This document shows, in pieces, positions 9,698-23,445 of a stretch of DNA of 64,000 nucleotides. Below the pieces are notes generated by a model. It was not told the DNA's origin and searched no databases. It saw only the letters and a list, made by a program, of their open reading frames with translations. The translations under genes and the position numbers were made by a program. The DNA comes from Fimbriosthenelais zetlandica (taxonomy: Eukaryota), in the NCBI GenBank assembly GCA_977030845.1, contig OZ365110.1:51770001-51834000 (forward strand), given 5' to 3'. Numbering within the stretch: position 1 is the stretch's first letter; each line of letters starts with the position of its first letter.

Positions 9698-12379
9698 TGT
9701 TCTAATGAAATTGATTCAAATTATGGCGAAACATGGTCTAAGTATTGTAATGCACTGTGGTCTTATTGTATTTTTGAAGAATAAATAATAGCATTCAATA
9801 ACAGTTAACGAGATAAATTCTGAGTCTACAATAATTACACTTCACAGGAAACTTTGGCTTAAGTGTTTGAGAAATTGTGTTTATCTTTTTTTTTCTTGTA
9901 AAATTCTCAGACAATATTACACAAAAATGTACTTACCTTTTAATACTTACTGACAGAAATGTAATTGATTAGTTCAGAAAATTTAAATTCCATGTATAGA
10001 GTCAACTAAAAGTAGTTTCTCTTTTTTGTATAAAAACGTCATATCGTATGGTAGTATTGTACATGTAATTGTGTAAGTGTTACTGGAATTTATGTGAATA
10101 TGGCAAATCTGTGAACGCTGTGATACATGTAGATTCATTGCTATTAACTCATGTGTGTACAGTAATATATAAATTCTATATACAATGGTCATACTCTATT
10201 TATTCCACCTCAAAACTAAACTGACGTATTTAATACATATTATGTTTAAACACATGAAATAAATCACGCATCGTCATATGCATATACCCGTCATTGACTT
10301 TACAGTAATTTGTCCAATGATTAACCAGTTATGTCTGTCCAAACCACCATACATTTGTATTTTGTTATTATACCTACATAAATAAATAAAACTAACAAAA
10401 TACACCTGATCACTTTGCCAATACATCTAATTGTATCCATTAAGTGTTTCCAACATTTCATAGACCTTACCAACCTCCCTAAGCTACACTCGGAAAGGTA
10501 ACTATGGGGTTACTCCATTATCCTACTATGACATCACGGATGTCAAGGTGAGGACAGGTGGAATTCTTTGTTTTGGTCTGGATCAGCTGATCCAGCCAGT
10601 TGTGGTAGCGCTTCCAAGGCGTCAATACGTCTTATATTCTCACCATACATTTGTACTGTAGTTTCGGATCAACTTAGTTTGGACAGACTATAATAGTAGA
10701 ATCTTTGCATAAAGGCCTAAAGCTCGGGTAAGTCGAGTTGCACATGTATATTGCACGGACCAATGGTTTAATATTACTGTTATTCGTGTTAAGGCGCAGA
10801 TTTAAAATGCAATTTTGGTCTGATATTTGAAAGATACGAAAAATAATGTTACACTGAATATGCGCTGCCCCCTCCCACACTGGGGTTGCAGACGAAAGTT
10901 ACTCTCTGATGGTTATCCCGAGTCTGAATCCCTGTGTGGTTCTACCCCAACCAACCCCCACACACATACAACAATACAAGGATTTGAAGTCTAGACGAAC
11001 CTTCACATAGTGTTTATTCACCACTTTTCTCACAGGCTATGACCACTAAGGCCACTTTCTATCTTACAATCCCAATAGTTTCAAATTCAAATATGGCATA
11101 TTTTTATTAATTTATCAATGCAATATGTATATTGACACAGAACCTAATGATGGGAGAGTAATTTTGTTTCCTATTTCTGGGTCCTTGAACTAACTCCTCT
11201 ACTAAATGCACACATAATCTTACACCATAGTAATACACAACAGAAAAGATCTCTATCCATGATGTGGTTTTAGAAAAATCCTGCAAAAATGAAAGGTATC
11301 ACAAAATTTTGGAATGTATTATTATTCGGTCAAAGAGTAGATACTTATTCGATTTAAATATTAGTGTGACAAGAGGAAGGAATGAACGAAACCCTTCCCA
11401 ATAATATGGAGTACTGTAGGCCTAATTACATAGTGAATTTGTATCTGAAATATTAGGGATAACTATGGGGCAAGCACTATGGGCATAATTGCCATACAGA
11501 TTATCTTTAACAATCAAACTGGCGGTATTAGTCAGTGATCGTCTGATTTAGTGATTATGCAAGACATTAATTTAATATTCGAGAAAGTGGTACTGGCTGA
11601 GTAAGTACCGCAGCACTACTCAAGTGTGTGGTGATCCCGATTATTCACCTTTGTCATATCTAGACCAGTTATAATCATACGAAATGGACGGACATGAAAC
11701 AATTATTAACCTACAATCATGTGGGGTATCTTTATATTATGAGAAATAGATAAAGAAATTTCAACATGCATATCTATAGAAAACGGCACTAAATCCCCCT
11801 TCTACTGATATTGCCGAATGAAATTCCTATAGGCATTGAAACGATATTTTCGTGATTCTGCCATCGTCTTATAATTTGGGACACATTTTATCTAAAACTT
11901 TACCATAGCATCTTTCCGTCGAATCCAATGAATGAGGTAATTATTATCTAGTTTATTCCTCTAAAACATCTTAAAAAATAAACTTCACCCAATGGTACAT
12001 AAATCACATGGACACAAAATAAACCAAGTTGTGTTTGATTAAATAAAACTATCAGGGAACAATCCAAAGACGGTGTTTTAACCTCATCAGATGTAGGGCA
12101 TTGTGCCCGACAAACCTCATTATTATTCAAATAAATACACTAAGTACATATTACATCGTTGTCAACAGAAGATTGTATACACTTATACGTGCAAAAATAT
12201 TCTCCCCTGACAAGCTGTGAATAGAACCTAACTTTAACTGAATACACATACTGTTTTAGTTCATAGCGCTGGCCTTAAATCTATGGAGAAACGACGGACG
12301 GTGGTTGCTGGACGGAGTAGACAGACTGTCTTGTGCCAACTTTCTCTACTTGATAATAATCACTTGTCCAACATAACAG

Positions 12380-14997
12380 CTACTTTTTGCATTGATGACC
12401 TTGTCCACGAGACTGACTGTTTATATTCTTCAACACCCAGGAAATGCCATCCTGTAAATGAAATAAAAAAATTGTTAACCGTCTTGCAAAAAGTGGTATA
12501 GTTTACATAGTGCTTAAGGAAGATAGAAAGAAAATAGATATTAGTTAGGTGGTAGCTGACCCTCCGTCGGAGACGGGGTAAATTTTGTGAAGTAGGGCTA
12601 GTGAGAAATTTCACAATGAAATTGGATATTGGCTGATTGAAAATAGGCCTAGGGTCTAATTATATTTTGAAATTCGGCCGAAGGAAATAGGGTCTCGTAG
12701 ACACACACTTCCTTCTGTGACCGATTAACCCTCAACTCTACTAATATTTCTACAAAACTTGGCTCATTTTCCCATCTATAAATAGTTGATTAGTAATTCA
12801 AGTATACAGAAAATGAGATACCTACATCTACACCCTCTCCCGTCAACGCAGAACACGGTTGGATCTGCCAAACTCTATCTCTGATCTTTATTAGCTTTAG
12901 ACCCTCGGCGATTTCTGAGGCGCAGGAAGCACCATCCAAGTCCTGCTTGTTAGCGAAGATTAGCACAGGTACTCCCAACAGTTTTTCTTCATCTAGCAGC
13001 TCAAACAACTCCTGTATTCAATTATAAAATTCCTTCATTCACCGATTGCAGGAATTAATTCGATGCATACAAATTGCAAGAATCTTTCAACCATACATGT
13101 AGAATTTACAGCAGCAAAGAAAACTGAAGAGAATAAATTATATTTGGTTCTTACCTCACTGGTTTCATCAAAACGTTTGCGGTCGCCACAATCGATGACA
13201 TAAATCTACAAAAAGAACATTCCAGTACAGTCATAATGAATTAAATAAAATTCTGAAACAAAACTCTGTTTAACTTAATAAGGACCGATCAAGAGATTGA
13301 GATCACGGCATATTGCGGGGATACGCCAACTAACAGCGAACAATAGGCTATGTATAATTATTATATGGTTACTTTTTACAGAGCATAAAGTCTCAGAGAT
13401 CAATATAACTGTCAATGGAGATCCGTTCAGGGGTAAATCTACTCACCAGTACATCAGTGTTTTCATAGTAGTTTCTCCAATAAGGTCTAATCTTTCGTTG
13501 GCCACCAATATCCCATACATTTAACTTGAAGTTTTTGGATTGTACACTCTTTATATTGAAACCCTGAAATATGAAAGAGAGAATTGCATTATTGAAGGTG
13601 TACACACAATTTAGGAACAAAATCAATTTGGGATAAAATCCCCAGCTAAATTTCTTGTTAAATAAGTTGATCTATGCTTCCTTCTAAGTGCTTATTTGTC
13701 TCATTTCACCCTCAGGGGTAAAACTCATGACTTGTAGGACTATCTAATAAAATATTTTATGTGACCAGGAAGGGGAAGGAAGACCAGGCTTGCCCGACTC
13801 GGAGTCCTCTTACTACATTTATATATGAATGGTGAATGACTGTGTTGTACCACCTGTGAAGATATAGATTAATTAGAAAAAAAGAGAAGGCTACTGGAGG
13901 GGTAGATAGAGTATCCATCCCTATTCCAGGAACAGGCTACTGGAGGGGTAAAACCACGAGTGACTAAGACTAAGGAGACTTGGTTGTTACCTGTGTAGGC
14001 GTGATATGACTGATGTCCTCATACGCCAACTTTTTAAGCAACGTTGTCTTCCCTGCATTGTCAAGTCCGAGCAGTAGAATTCTCAACTCTCTCTCGGGTT
14101 GAGATTTGAGCTTCCTTAGCATAGCAAGCAAACCCTGAAAAGGTACATAAGGAAGAAAAATTTAGTTAAATAAACTAGAATCTAGACTGAGTTGCACAAC
14201 TAGATTCATTGCACAACAATTTTACAGAAGCAAGTCAGAAGGATGACCAGGAACTAAGTCTAAGGGAGTCATGGGGCTAAAATTGGGACTAATTACGACT
14301 TTATCTTTTATCTTTTAATAAAGGTATTCCCAACACCCTGCATTATCTCGATCAATACCCCTCACAACTCCAGGACAGAATACTACAAATAATTAATGGG
14401 CAGCTGCAGTTGGACCTGCCATCTGAGCCAGGCTGCCTAGGCTAAATTCTCAGGTAAAAATGTAATTTTGGTTTAGACAAGTGATTTATTTAGACGACTT
14501 TACTCTCTAGAGTAGTACTACTAGGCCTACTAGTACTACTAGTTACAGTAGGCCTCTACTAGTCTACTACTACTCTACTCTAGAAAAAAAAAATAATTAA
14601 AAAGCTCACCATGTTACGTTTTTGTTAGGGATTTTACCGACGTTTTTTCTTATTATCCCTTATTTGCAGTTCTACACCATTAAATTTTATCATTAATTAT
14701 ATAAGACAGTGAAGAAATTCCCTGACAGCAAGCGTAATGTGTGTGCAGCACTTGTTTTGACGTGTGACGACTGACGGCCGTCAGTGCACTACTAAACGTA
14801 CAGTTGCTGCCAGTACACTACAGTAGTACCACCGTCAAACTTCAGTGAGGATTTTCTGTCCTCTCCAGACAGTAAATGAAAATTAAAACGTGTGGATTCT
14901 ATCAAAGGACGTCCACTACACTTGAAATCACAAATATAACAGAAACAAATCTCGAAAGCAGACTATTCACACGATGTTAAATGTTTTCACTCACCAT
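12380..14997 (-). CDS. ARL3: ADP-ribosylation factor-like protein 3 (ciliary small GTPase), 190 aa
   Basis: Exons: ATG at 14997-14995, then 14134-13991, 13563-13447, 13205-13155, 13011-12826 and 12451-12380. Protein [94 protein letters not shown]. Exon sizes 3/144/117/51/186 match my recollection of the vertebrate ARL3 structure. Confidence 0.97.
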
Positions 14998-15120
14998 TTT
15001 GCTTGGTCTGGAGCCGCTGAGGTAACTATGCCGTGATGTCACTTCCTGTGTGAAATAACGCATGCGCGCGGCAAACTTGACCTCAACATCCGGTTAGTCT
15101 GCTTTCTGCTCTCAGTCTCA
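14995..15120. promoter_or_regulatory. ARL3/SFXN2 bidirectional promoter
   Basis: Short GC-richer segment between oppositely oriented genes, with cacttcctg (ETS-like, 15040) and acgcatgcgcgcg (NRF1-like, 15058). Confidence 0.6.
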
Positions 15121-15823
15121 GGGTCCTTCAGCAAAGTCCGCAGTCGATATTATTGCTTTTAATATAAAAACTTCATCTGCGATGTAACAAGTCAAGGCTC
15201 TAATGGGAACAACGTAAAGAGTAAGGACATTTTCCTAAATCGTTTATTATTTGATCCTTTTTTTAGCGTTCATGACCCAGGTTTGCCTGTTAAGTGGGCG
15301 ATAATATGTGTATTTTGTAATTGTAACTTCGTCTTCAACGAGATTCTAGGTTAAACTGGACTGAACCAGATGGCACAGTCCTTATCTCATTATCCTGCAT
15401 ATCAGGGACTATTATCAAAGCAATACCTTTTGTTACAAGTTATTGTCATGATGAATTTTCCATATTATCTGAACTAAAGTTGTTTTTTTCTGGATTGAAC
15501 AATCAAACCGAGGGGGCGTGGTCGTGACGTGGTGAATGAGCAGTGTGTGAATTATTGACGATGAATATTTAAGGCTAGATGGTAGGCTTTGATCGGCCTA
15601 CACGGCTACAGGCCTAGGCCTTCTTGAATCTTGTCAGTTTCGGCATATATATAATTCAGATCAGATAATACCTACCGTACCGGTACATTTGGATCTGTAA
15701 CTACAGGTACTTCAACCTTCATATTTATCCCTGAACCCTTCACAGAAAATATTATTGATTTATAATTTATAATTTTTCCGTAAAGGATTGGACGCAGGTT
15801 TGCCAAACACCCGTCAGTCAGAT

Positions 15824-18186
15824 ATGGCTTTGTCCAAAGAGAACCGAGTAGACATCGATGCCCCAAGATGGGATCGGAGCACCTTCATGGGGCGTCTTAA
15901 ATACTTCTTCTGGGTCACTGATTACAGAACATGTGTTGTTCCCACCTCTAAGCTTCTAGCCGCCAGAGATCTGTTAGATGATTACAGGTAAGTGAAATAA
16001 TTGAAATAGTAAAAAAAATAATGTTTTAATTCACATGCCTATTTAGTTTTCTTCTAATCTATTAACATTGATATTTAGTGAGCTTTTATATTTTATTGAT
16101 ATCTAGAGCAGGGAAGGAGCTTGAAGGGTTGACTGAAGACCAGCTGTGGTATGCTAGGAAGCTCTGCTACTCTGCTTTTCACCCTGACTCTGGAGAACTT
16201 CAAAACTTCATAGGACGCATGTCCTTCCAGGTGCCTGGTGGTATGATCATAACTGCTGGCATGCTGCAATTCTACAGGTCAGTAAGCTCCAGTAATTATC
16301 AATCGTTAAGAGAATCAGTTCAAAGTATAACCTGTAAACGCCTAATAGCAAAGGAAATATTTAAAGGTAGTTGTCATGATTTAATAATATTTTTTTCAGA
16401 TCGAACGGAGCCGTGGTTCTTTGGCAATGGATAAACCAGTCTTTTAATGCATTAGTGAATTATACAAATAGGAATGCTGCCTCACCGTTAACGACTAAGT
16501 AAGTCATTCATCATGAGTTAGAATTATGATTTTGTTACTTATTAGAACGAATTTACAGACATCACGATCTCTATCCGATTTTTTTTCTTCAGACAAATGG
16601 GTGTAGCCTATGTGAGTGCTACTACTAGCGCTGTCGTTACAGCACTCGGTCTTAAAGCAATTTTGGCCAAGGTAAGTAAGCCCCAGTGCCTTTCAAACAT
16701 ATGAATCTTATAAAAAAAATCATTGTATGTAATGATTTAAATTCGAGATCTATTTATTCCTAATATTATAACAATCGTTGCAGCGAAGCTGAAGCTGTGC
16801 TTGAGGTAAATCAGATTCAGAAGTCTCTCTAAAGTTGTGCCATAAGTGATGTGAAACAGTTTTCATACTGACACCCTAACATTAATGTTTTTGCTAACGT
16901 TTTTTTTCAGTGCTAATCATTGATTAATAATACGTTTACGTTGACCTTAAGATAAACCAAGTTTCCGTCTTCAGAAAACTCTATTATACTGTATACATTC
17001 CCAATAATGCAGTGCATTAATATTCCCTCATTAATTTCGGAGTTTTGGATCCAAATATTAATATCCACACGTAAGTAAATTAGATTGTGTTTTTTCTTTT
17101 CAGAGAGCCTCCCCCTTGATGCAGAGGTTTGTGCCATTCGTTGCTGTTGCCGCTGCTAATATGGTCAACATACCACTGACGAGAAGAAGGTATTAAAAAC
17201 ATTTTATCCAACACTAGTAATTAAGGGACGATGGCTGACGGATCACTAGGTGGGAAGGGAATGGGTCCTCTACTATTCCAGCTCCTATATTTCTATATTC
17301 ATTGATAACCCGTTTGCTTTTCTCTCATTTGTAGTGAACTAGTTGAAGGGGTCCGCGTAGAAGATGACCAAGGAAGGAAAATGACAACCTCAAAGGTACG
17401 TTCCTTGCGTTAATTTTATATTGTAAACATTAAACCACTGTGATAATTAAATATAGGAAAAGTTGTAAAAATGTTTATATTTTACTTTGCAGCTAGCTGC
17501 TACCAAAGGAATTTCTCAAGTGGTATTCTCAAGAATAACAATTGCTGCTCCAGGCATGAGTACGGACTTTTTCTTTTAATTTAATTAGTGGCTAAACGAA
17601 AAGAATGCCTGTAGAGAACAAGGTTGAAAATATAACCTGTATACATAGCAGTAGTGCCATTTAAATTTAATTCGCCTCAAATCAATTTATCCGAATTCCT
17701 TTCAGTGCTATTACCTGTTGTTATGGAAATAATGGAGAAAAAAGCGTGGTTCAGGAGAGCAAGAGTTTGGCACCTGGCATTCCAGACACTCATGCTCGGC
17801 GTTTTGTAAGTAGCTAAAGTATTGGAATAATTTTAAATAAATATATTCGGGATGGATGCATGGTATAGTAGCCATTCTTCACAAACATCTTTTTCTAATT
17901 TTTCAGCCTGACATTCATGGTTCCTGTTGGATGTGCTTTGTTTCCCCAAAGGAGGTGAGCTTACATCACTACTGTCATTATCTATGGTTACTAAAATATA
18001 AAACAATATCTATTTATGCTGTTTAAGATTTCTATTTTCAGCAATTTGTATTATTATTTACTTCCGATTTACAGCTCTATACACACAAACCAACTTAAAT
18101 CGTGGGAACCAGAAAAGTACCAAGAACTTCTAGCCGCTAGTCAGTCTGGCGAACCCCAAGTACTTTACTTCAACAAAGGCCTATGA
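15824..18186 (+). CDS. SFXN2: Sideroflexin-2 (mitochondrial inner membrane transporter), 328 aa
   Basis: Exons 15824-15987, 16107-16277, 16400-16498, 16593-16671, 17104-17189, 17335-17395, 17493-17559, 17706-17805, 17907-17954, 18075-18186 (987 nt, in frame). Motifs [80 protein letters not shown] and C-terminal YFNKGL. Confidence 0.93.
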
Positions 18187-19211
18187 TTATTACTCCGGTA
18201 ACCGTATATAGTAGGATGGGAATTTTGTTAAGTTTTCTTAATTCAGTGTACCAAAATTTTTGGCCAAAGGAGTAAATGGAATTTGTAGTATTTATAAACT
18301 GTGAAATTATGTAACCGAAAAATTGACTGATATGAGGATTTTTGACCTTATAGTATTTTCTTGCCCGGTCTTATTTTTTGATACAGAGGCGGGACCGCAA
18401 TAGACACAATGTAAAAGTTATTCTTTTATCATTATTGTTAAAAGAAATTCAGACGAATTATTACTCTTCAGTACTGAGAGTATGTTGAGCAAGATTATAT
18501 AAATTGTTTATCGCTAAGAAAATAAAATGTGTTGCACACAGAAATGTATTTGGATATAGACACCGTAATTGTTTGTCTTATAAGTTATTGGATAAAATAA
18601 AATCTTAATTCCTAGTCAATTTCTAGTTTAAATCTTCGCATCACTCAAGATATGATATACCAAAGAAGTTCTTTAAAATTTCCGATCAGGGAAACTCGAA
18701 GCTCTCATGTAATTGTAAAATAGTTTAATTACCTTAGGGATCGGTGTACCCTACATAAAATTTCAAATGCACATTACCTGGTATTTAAAGAAAGAAAATC
18801 GAAGTTTCCGCTATATTTCAGATTATATATTTCATAACCAATATATTAAAAAGAATAATTACTATAACTGTAAATTCTTTCTAATTTATTTAGCTGTGAA
18901 AAGATTTCTAAGCAGCTACAAGTTCTTTTTAAAAACATGTCATATATGTAATAGTCAATATCATGATATCCATATCCTGTTGATCATGAGATAAAATTAA
19001 AGAAAATAATTACATAATAGAATTTTAACTTAACAATTGGATCCCCTATTTGCATTCCACAGTTTTCTTATCAGTTTACATTTCAATTTGAATTCCCTAT
19101 CAAAACCTTAGCATAACATATCATTGGTGTACTCACTGACGTGTACACAATGAATAACATTGTTATAGGAATGAACAGATCATATCTTGCACCTTTTGGA
19201 AACAATCCACT

Positions 19212-22200
19212 TTAGGAATGTATATGGACTGTTTGGAGTTCCACGTTGGGTACAGCCACTTCTACTGGATTAGTAACATTCAAATTCCGCCGCTCTACAA
19301 CCCCATTACGTTGATGGCCGTATTCAAACTTGATCCTTAACTCGCCGATATGTGACTTGGGTAGAATATCAGGTATCCATTCTATAATGAACGGTGTGGG
19401 TTCCTTTTGGTCAGGTGCAGTGTTACCTGTTAAAACAAAAATAGGTTGTGAAAATATGGCCGTTTCTAATTTTCCACTTATGCCACTTCAAGAACATGCA
19501 AAGTTATTTACAATATTTATTCCCCAGTTGACTTAAATTTACTTACCAACTTTTAGATAAGTTTTCAGTTCGAAGGGACGTATTGGAGTCATGTTGGCAT
19601 TCTCAACCTCAACTTTAGGAACCTCGTAAAGGTCGTACGTGTTGTCACGATTCTCAACAAAACTGCGCGTCACCTCCAGTGGCATCTGTAATTAATAGCA
19701 AAATAAAATTTATATTTCTTGAATACTGCTAACGTTAAACAATAATGTTTTGAAAAAAAATGTTCCTCCTTATATTCCCGGTTAGAATAAAAGAATTAAT
19801 TGAAATTTTTTGTGTGAATTAATTGACAAAAATTTTTTTTGTTAAACAATAATGTATTTGTTCACATGGCTCTGAGAGACTATAGAAGTTGAATCTGACG
19901 TACCTCTGGAGTGTCAAATATCTGTTTGACGTGGAGTATGTTAGTTATATGCCAGGTGTATTTAATGAATGTTCCCAGTGGTAGAGCATCCTTACGAATG
20001 AAGCCTGTGGTTGAGTTAGGGAGTCGCTTCTTACGGAGCCCAGCTGAGATCCTCTGTTGTATACAGTCAAAGAACATCTGTGGTGCATGGAATACCAGTG
20101 GGTCTGGGTTACCTAAAGTCAAACAAAATGTAGAGACATTTTTTTTATTCTTTTCCCTAATACCAGCGGTAAAGTACTCGAGAAGGAAAGATAAATTTTT
20201 TTTTTAATTTTTATATTTATATTATTTTTTTTTAATACAAAATGTATATATTGAAGTATTAAAAGCTTTCAATCCAGAATATCAATAAAATCATATCCCA
20301 ATATCTAATTAAATCACATCACAAAAAAAAATACAGAATATCTAATTTAAAGAATGACCGATTCATATGAGAGACGAAAATGGAGGCAAGTTTCCTATGA
20401 GCTGATGAGTAATAATTACCATCAAATTGGTAATGCATGGTTTGGTTGACTCTCTCTGTCACGCTGGCTAACCACTGACGGAAGGAAAGTGAGCACTTGG
20501 TCTCATCAACTACAGGCTGGGTAGCTGTGGAAAAAAATCACACTAATTATTGTTAGTGTACCACACAAACATTACCAAGTTATAGACAGGAATTGTGGTG
20601 ACATAATCTTTGGTGCATTTCTCAATGTTTGATTACCTTTCTTTGGTGTGCTTGTCGTTCTGTGCACCGTTTTAGTGGGCGCAGTGACTTTAGGTTGAGG
20701 TGTATCAGCTTCTTGGAGCGTAAGCAAGGCGTCACTCGCTTGAACTAAAAAAAACACAATGAAATGAAGGGTATATTATGGCATGCATACATATTTAATT
20801 CAAATTTTCTCTTTAATATCTCATCCCCCTTGGAAGAATGTATTTTACAGAATCTCAATATGAATTATAATATATAAAATAAATAGATATTCAAGAAAAG
20901 TAGGAAATTGACAAATCCTACTTTATATGAAAATATGTGAAATGGGTTTATAATTTAACCTTCCACTATGGCTTCATCTTTCTTGGCACGCTTGGGTTCG
21001 CTGGGTTCTAGTATTGAATCCTCATCTATAACCACCTCTACACTAGCACTCTCTGTGATCTGATTGATCACATCGTGAGCCGCCGCCTCTTCCTGGTCCT
21101 CAGAGTAGGATAAGTTGACAAGTCCACCGGCGGGTGAGACTGAAATACCAAAGAGGCCTAGTAAAATTAATTAAAGCCATTGGCAACTTGTAATAATAAC
21201 CAATACACTCATCGAACCACGAAATTTCACAGAAAACCTTTTTGAAATATTAGTCAATGAACTTTATAGTTGTCTTTGGAAATACATAGGTAGAGATAGG
21301 TAGAAACTTACCATCATCCATGCCTTGAGTTTTGACATCGAGATTGATGTAATATGAGAATTCATCAGCCAGCTTCTCATCACTTGCAAAAGCGCAAAGG
21401 CAGGCATAGAAATGGACACATCGTTTCTTCGATTCTTCTATGGGCTTGACCGACTGGGAGAGAATATATAGACAATGAGCATTAGATAACCTTAACCGTA
21501 ACAGATAAAATATTACATTAATAAATAATGTGTTCTATTACATTCATAATACCAATTACATTTACGTACATTTCCAGTTTTAACGGTAGGATACAATTAC
21601 GTAATTATTCTCAAATTCGCAAAAGAAAAAGAGGGTTTTGCATATTTAGTTTAAAAAAAAGTAAAATTGAAAAATCTGAACCAGGCAAACGTACTTTAAA
21701 GGCTCTACAACTGCACTGGTACTTGTGTTCTGGTGAACTTCGGTTCCTGCTTGTTTCAAAGAAAGCAAAATGGAGGAAACCAAGAGGTTGTTTGGAACTA
21801 GGCTTGCACTTGACCACCATTATATTTTTGGTCACTCTCTGAACAAGTGGGCCAGTGGTCTCAGTGGCCAGTAGCCAGATGGCTTGAGTAGTCTCTGTGG
21901 ACACCTTTAAGGAGTTAAGGACAGAGTTCTTCAATGTTAAAGGTTGCGCCTCATGTCGACAGTTTATTGCTGCACGGATGTGCACACAAGCTTCTTGCTG
22001 AACGCTGAGGTCATTATTCCTCGAGCATGTGTCTACATAGCACCTTGCAGCTTGTGCAAGTACGGATGGATCAACCGATTCAGCAGGATTCCCATCTAAA
22101 TCCTGGACAAGCGGAAGTTGAACGAAGCCCCGGTAATCCGGCCCACGGTCACGAAGCCTGACTGAGAAAACCTGAACATTGGATCCAGTGATGATCTTAA

Positions 22201-22387
22201 CAGCTTCAGCACTATGTCCTCTTCTCTTGTCTTTTTCTTTAAAGACAACATCACAGGATTTGTTCTTACAACTGATACCACGGGTGCCATTATAGGTGCC
22301 ACATTTGGGACATTTCCTCACGCCCCTGAGTGTTGGTTTTCCAAGATCTTCAAAGAGTGCTTTGAGTTTATCTGGTGTGAGAGACAT
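19212..22387 (-). CDS. C2orf42: C2orf42 homolog (uncharacterised zinc-finger protein), 596 aa
   Basis: Exons 22387-21695, 21453-21312, 21139-20960, 20744-20637, 20524-20420, 20112-19904, 19685-19547, 19426-19212 (1791 nt, in frame). Recognisable segments [80 protein letters not shown] and [26 protein letters not shown]. Confidence 0.93.
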
Positions 22388-23029
22388 GATGCCAAGGGTA
22401 GACCACAATGTAGTCACTGAAAAAGAAATGAATTGTAAGATATTAAATTAAACTTCAATGATACAATACTACTCCATTTAAAACCCGACAGTCTAGTGAC
22501 AGGATTGAGGAAATCTAAGCCCTAGCCTGCGTGGCCCATGGCATGGGTCTACACTACAGTACTGACACAGACATTACTGTAGTCTGTACGAATGAAATTA
22601 TGCATGAAGCCATGATTTTCTCAACCCAATCCTCAAAGGTAGAACACATCATCAGATTTGACAGGTAAGCAAATGAATGTTAATAATGATACGGCTACTA
22701 TACAATTGCTCAACTACAGCATCTTGGATAAACTACTACTACTCATACTAGGATAAACATTGTTATCAACAGGGATGAGTCTCATCCAAACCTAAATAGT
22801 GGCAGTGCGCTCCACTGAAATGATGGACCTGCGCTGCGGCTGCAGGACTCAAGAAAGAACTGAAGTCACATCCTAAATTAAGAACTTGTGTGGGTTGAAT
22901 GCAGACAAATAAGAGCCAACTTACCCCTGTGAGTATTATTCAATGTATTCTTGGTGAATTCACTTCTTCTTATCAGCAGATAGGGCTTTATTTCAACCGT
23001 CTGCACACTAATCTGTTTGACGCGGCTAT

Positions 23030-23445
23030 GTTAGGCCGCCATCTTTGTTGCATGGCTTCCAACGTACAAAGAAGAAAGCCAGCCATTGGACGGCGACGCA
23101 TGCGGCCTGCGTTTACTAACTCTCCACTGATTGGCTCGCGGCGTCCCGCATAACTGCAGTTGTGAATTGAAATGTGTAGAAAGTGGTCTTCGGCATCCGC
23201 CATATGCCGATAGTTTTCGTTCTCGTTGTTCGATTTGATCACATTAAGTCACTGCAAATCTATTTTAAAATGTCTGTAACTGGTTTATTTTCTGGAAATA
23301 CCTTGATGATTATAAAACAGGCTATCTTAATGTTTTCATTGGTTCCATTCTTGGCAGGGGGCAGGTGGTGACTCCAGAGCGCAAACCATGTCAAATTCGC
23401 AACACGCGACTCGTGGGAAAACAGTAATGGCGGCCGGAAACAGGA
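23030..23445. promoter_or_regulatory. C2orf42/MFSD13A bidirectional promoter
   Basis: CpG-rich patch with oppositely oriented YY1-like motifs (ggccgccatct about 23034; aatggcggcc 23426), NRF1-like gacgcatgcg (about 23095), reverse CCAAT (ctgattgg, about 23127) and cgtgggaa (CSL-like, 23412). A 5'UTR donor gtaagt lies near 23463. Confidence 0.55.

Noticed and set aside
10440-10660. Short coding-looking stretch on the minus strand (MYGENIRRIDALEALPQLAG..)
   Set aside because: Only about 35 codons, with no recognisable homology and no convincing partner exons; it may be UTR or intergenic sequence.
12380-12451. Prenylation signal in the extended ARL3 C-terminus (..GHQCKK)
   Set aside because: The Cys is third from the end and followed by KK, so it is not a CaaX box.
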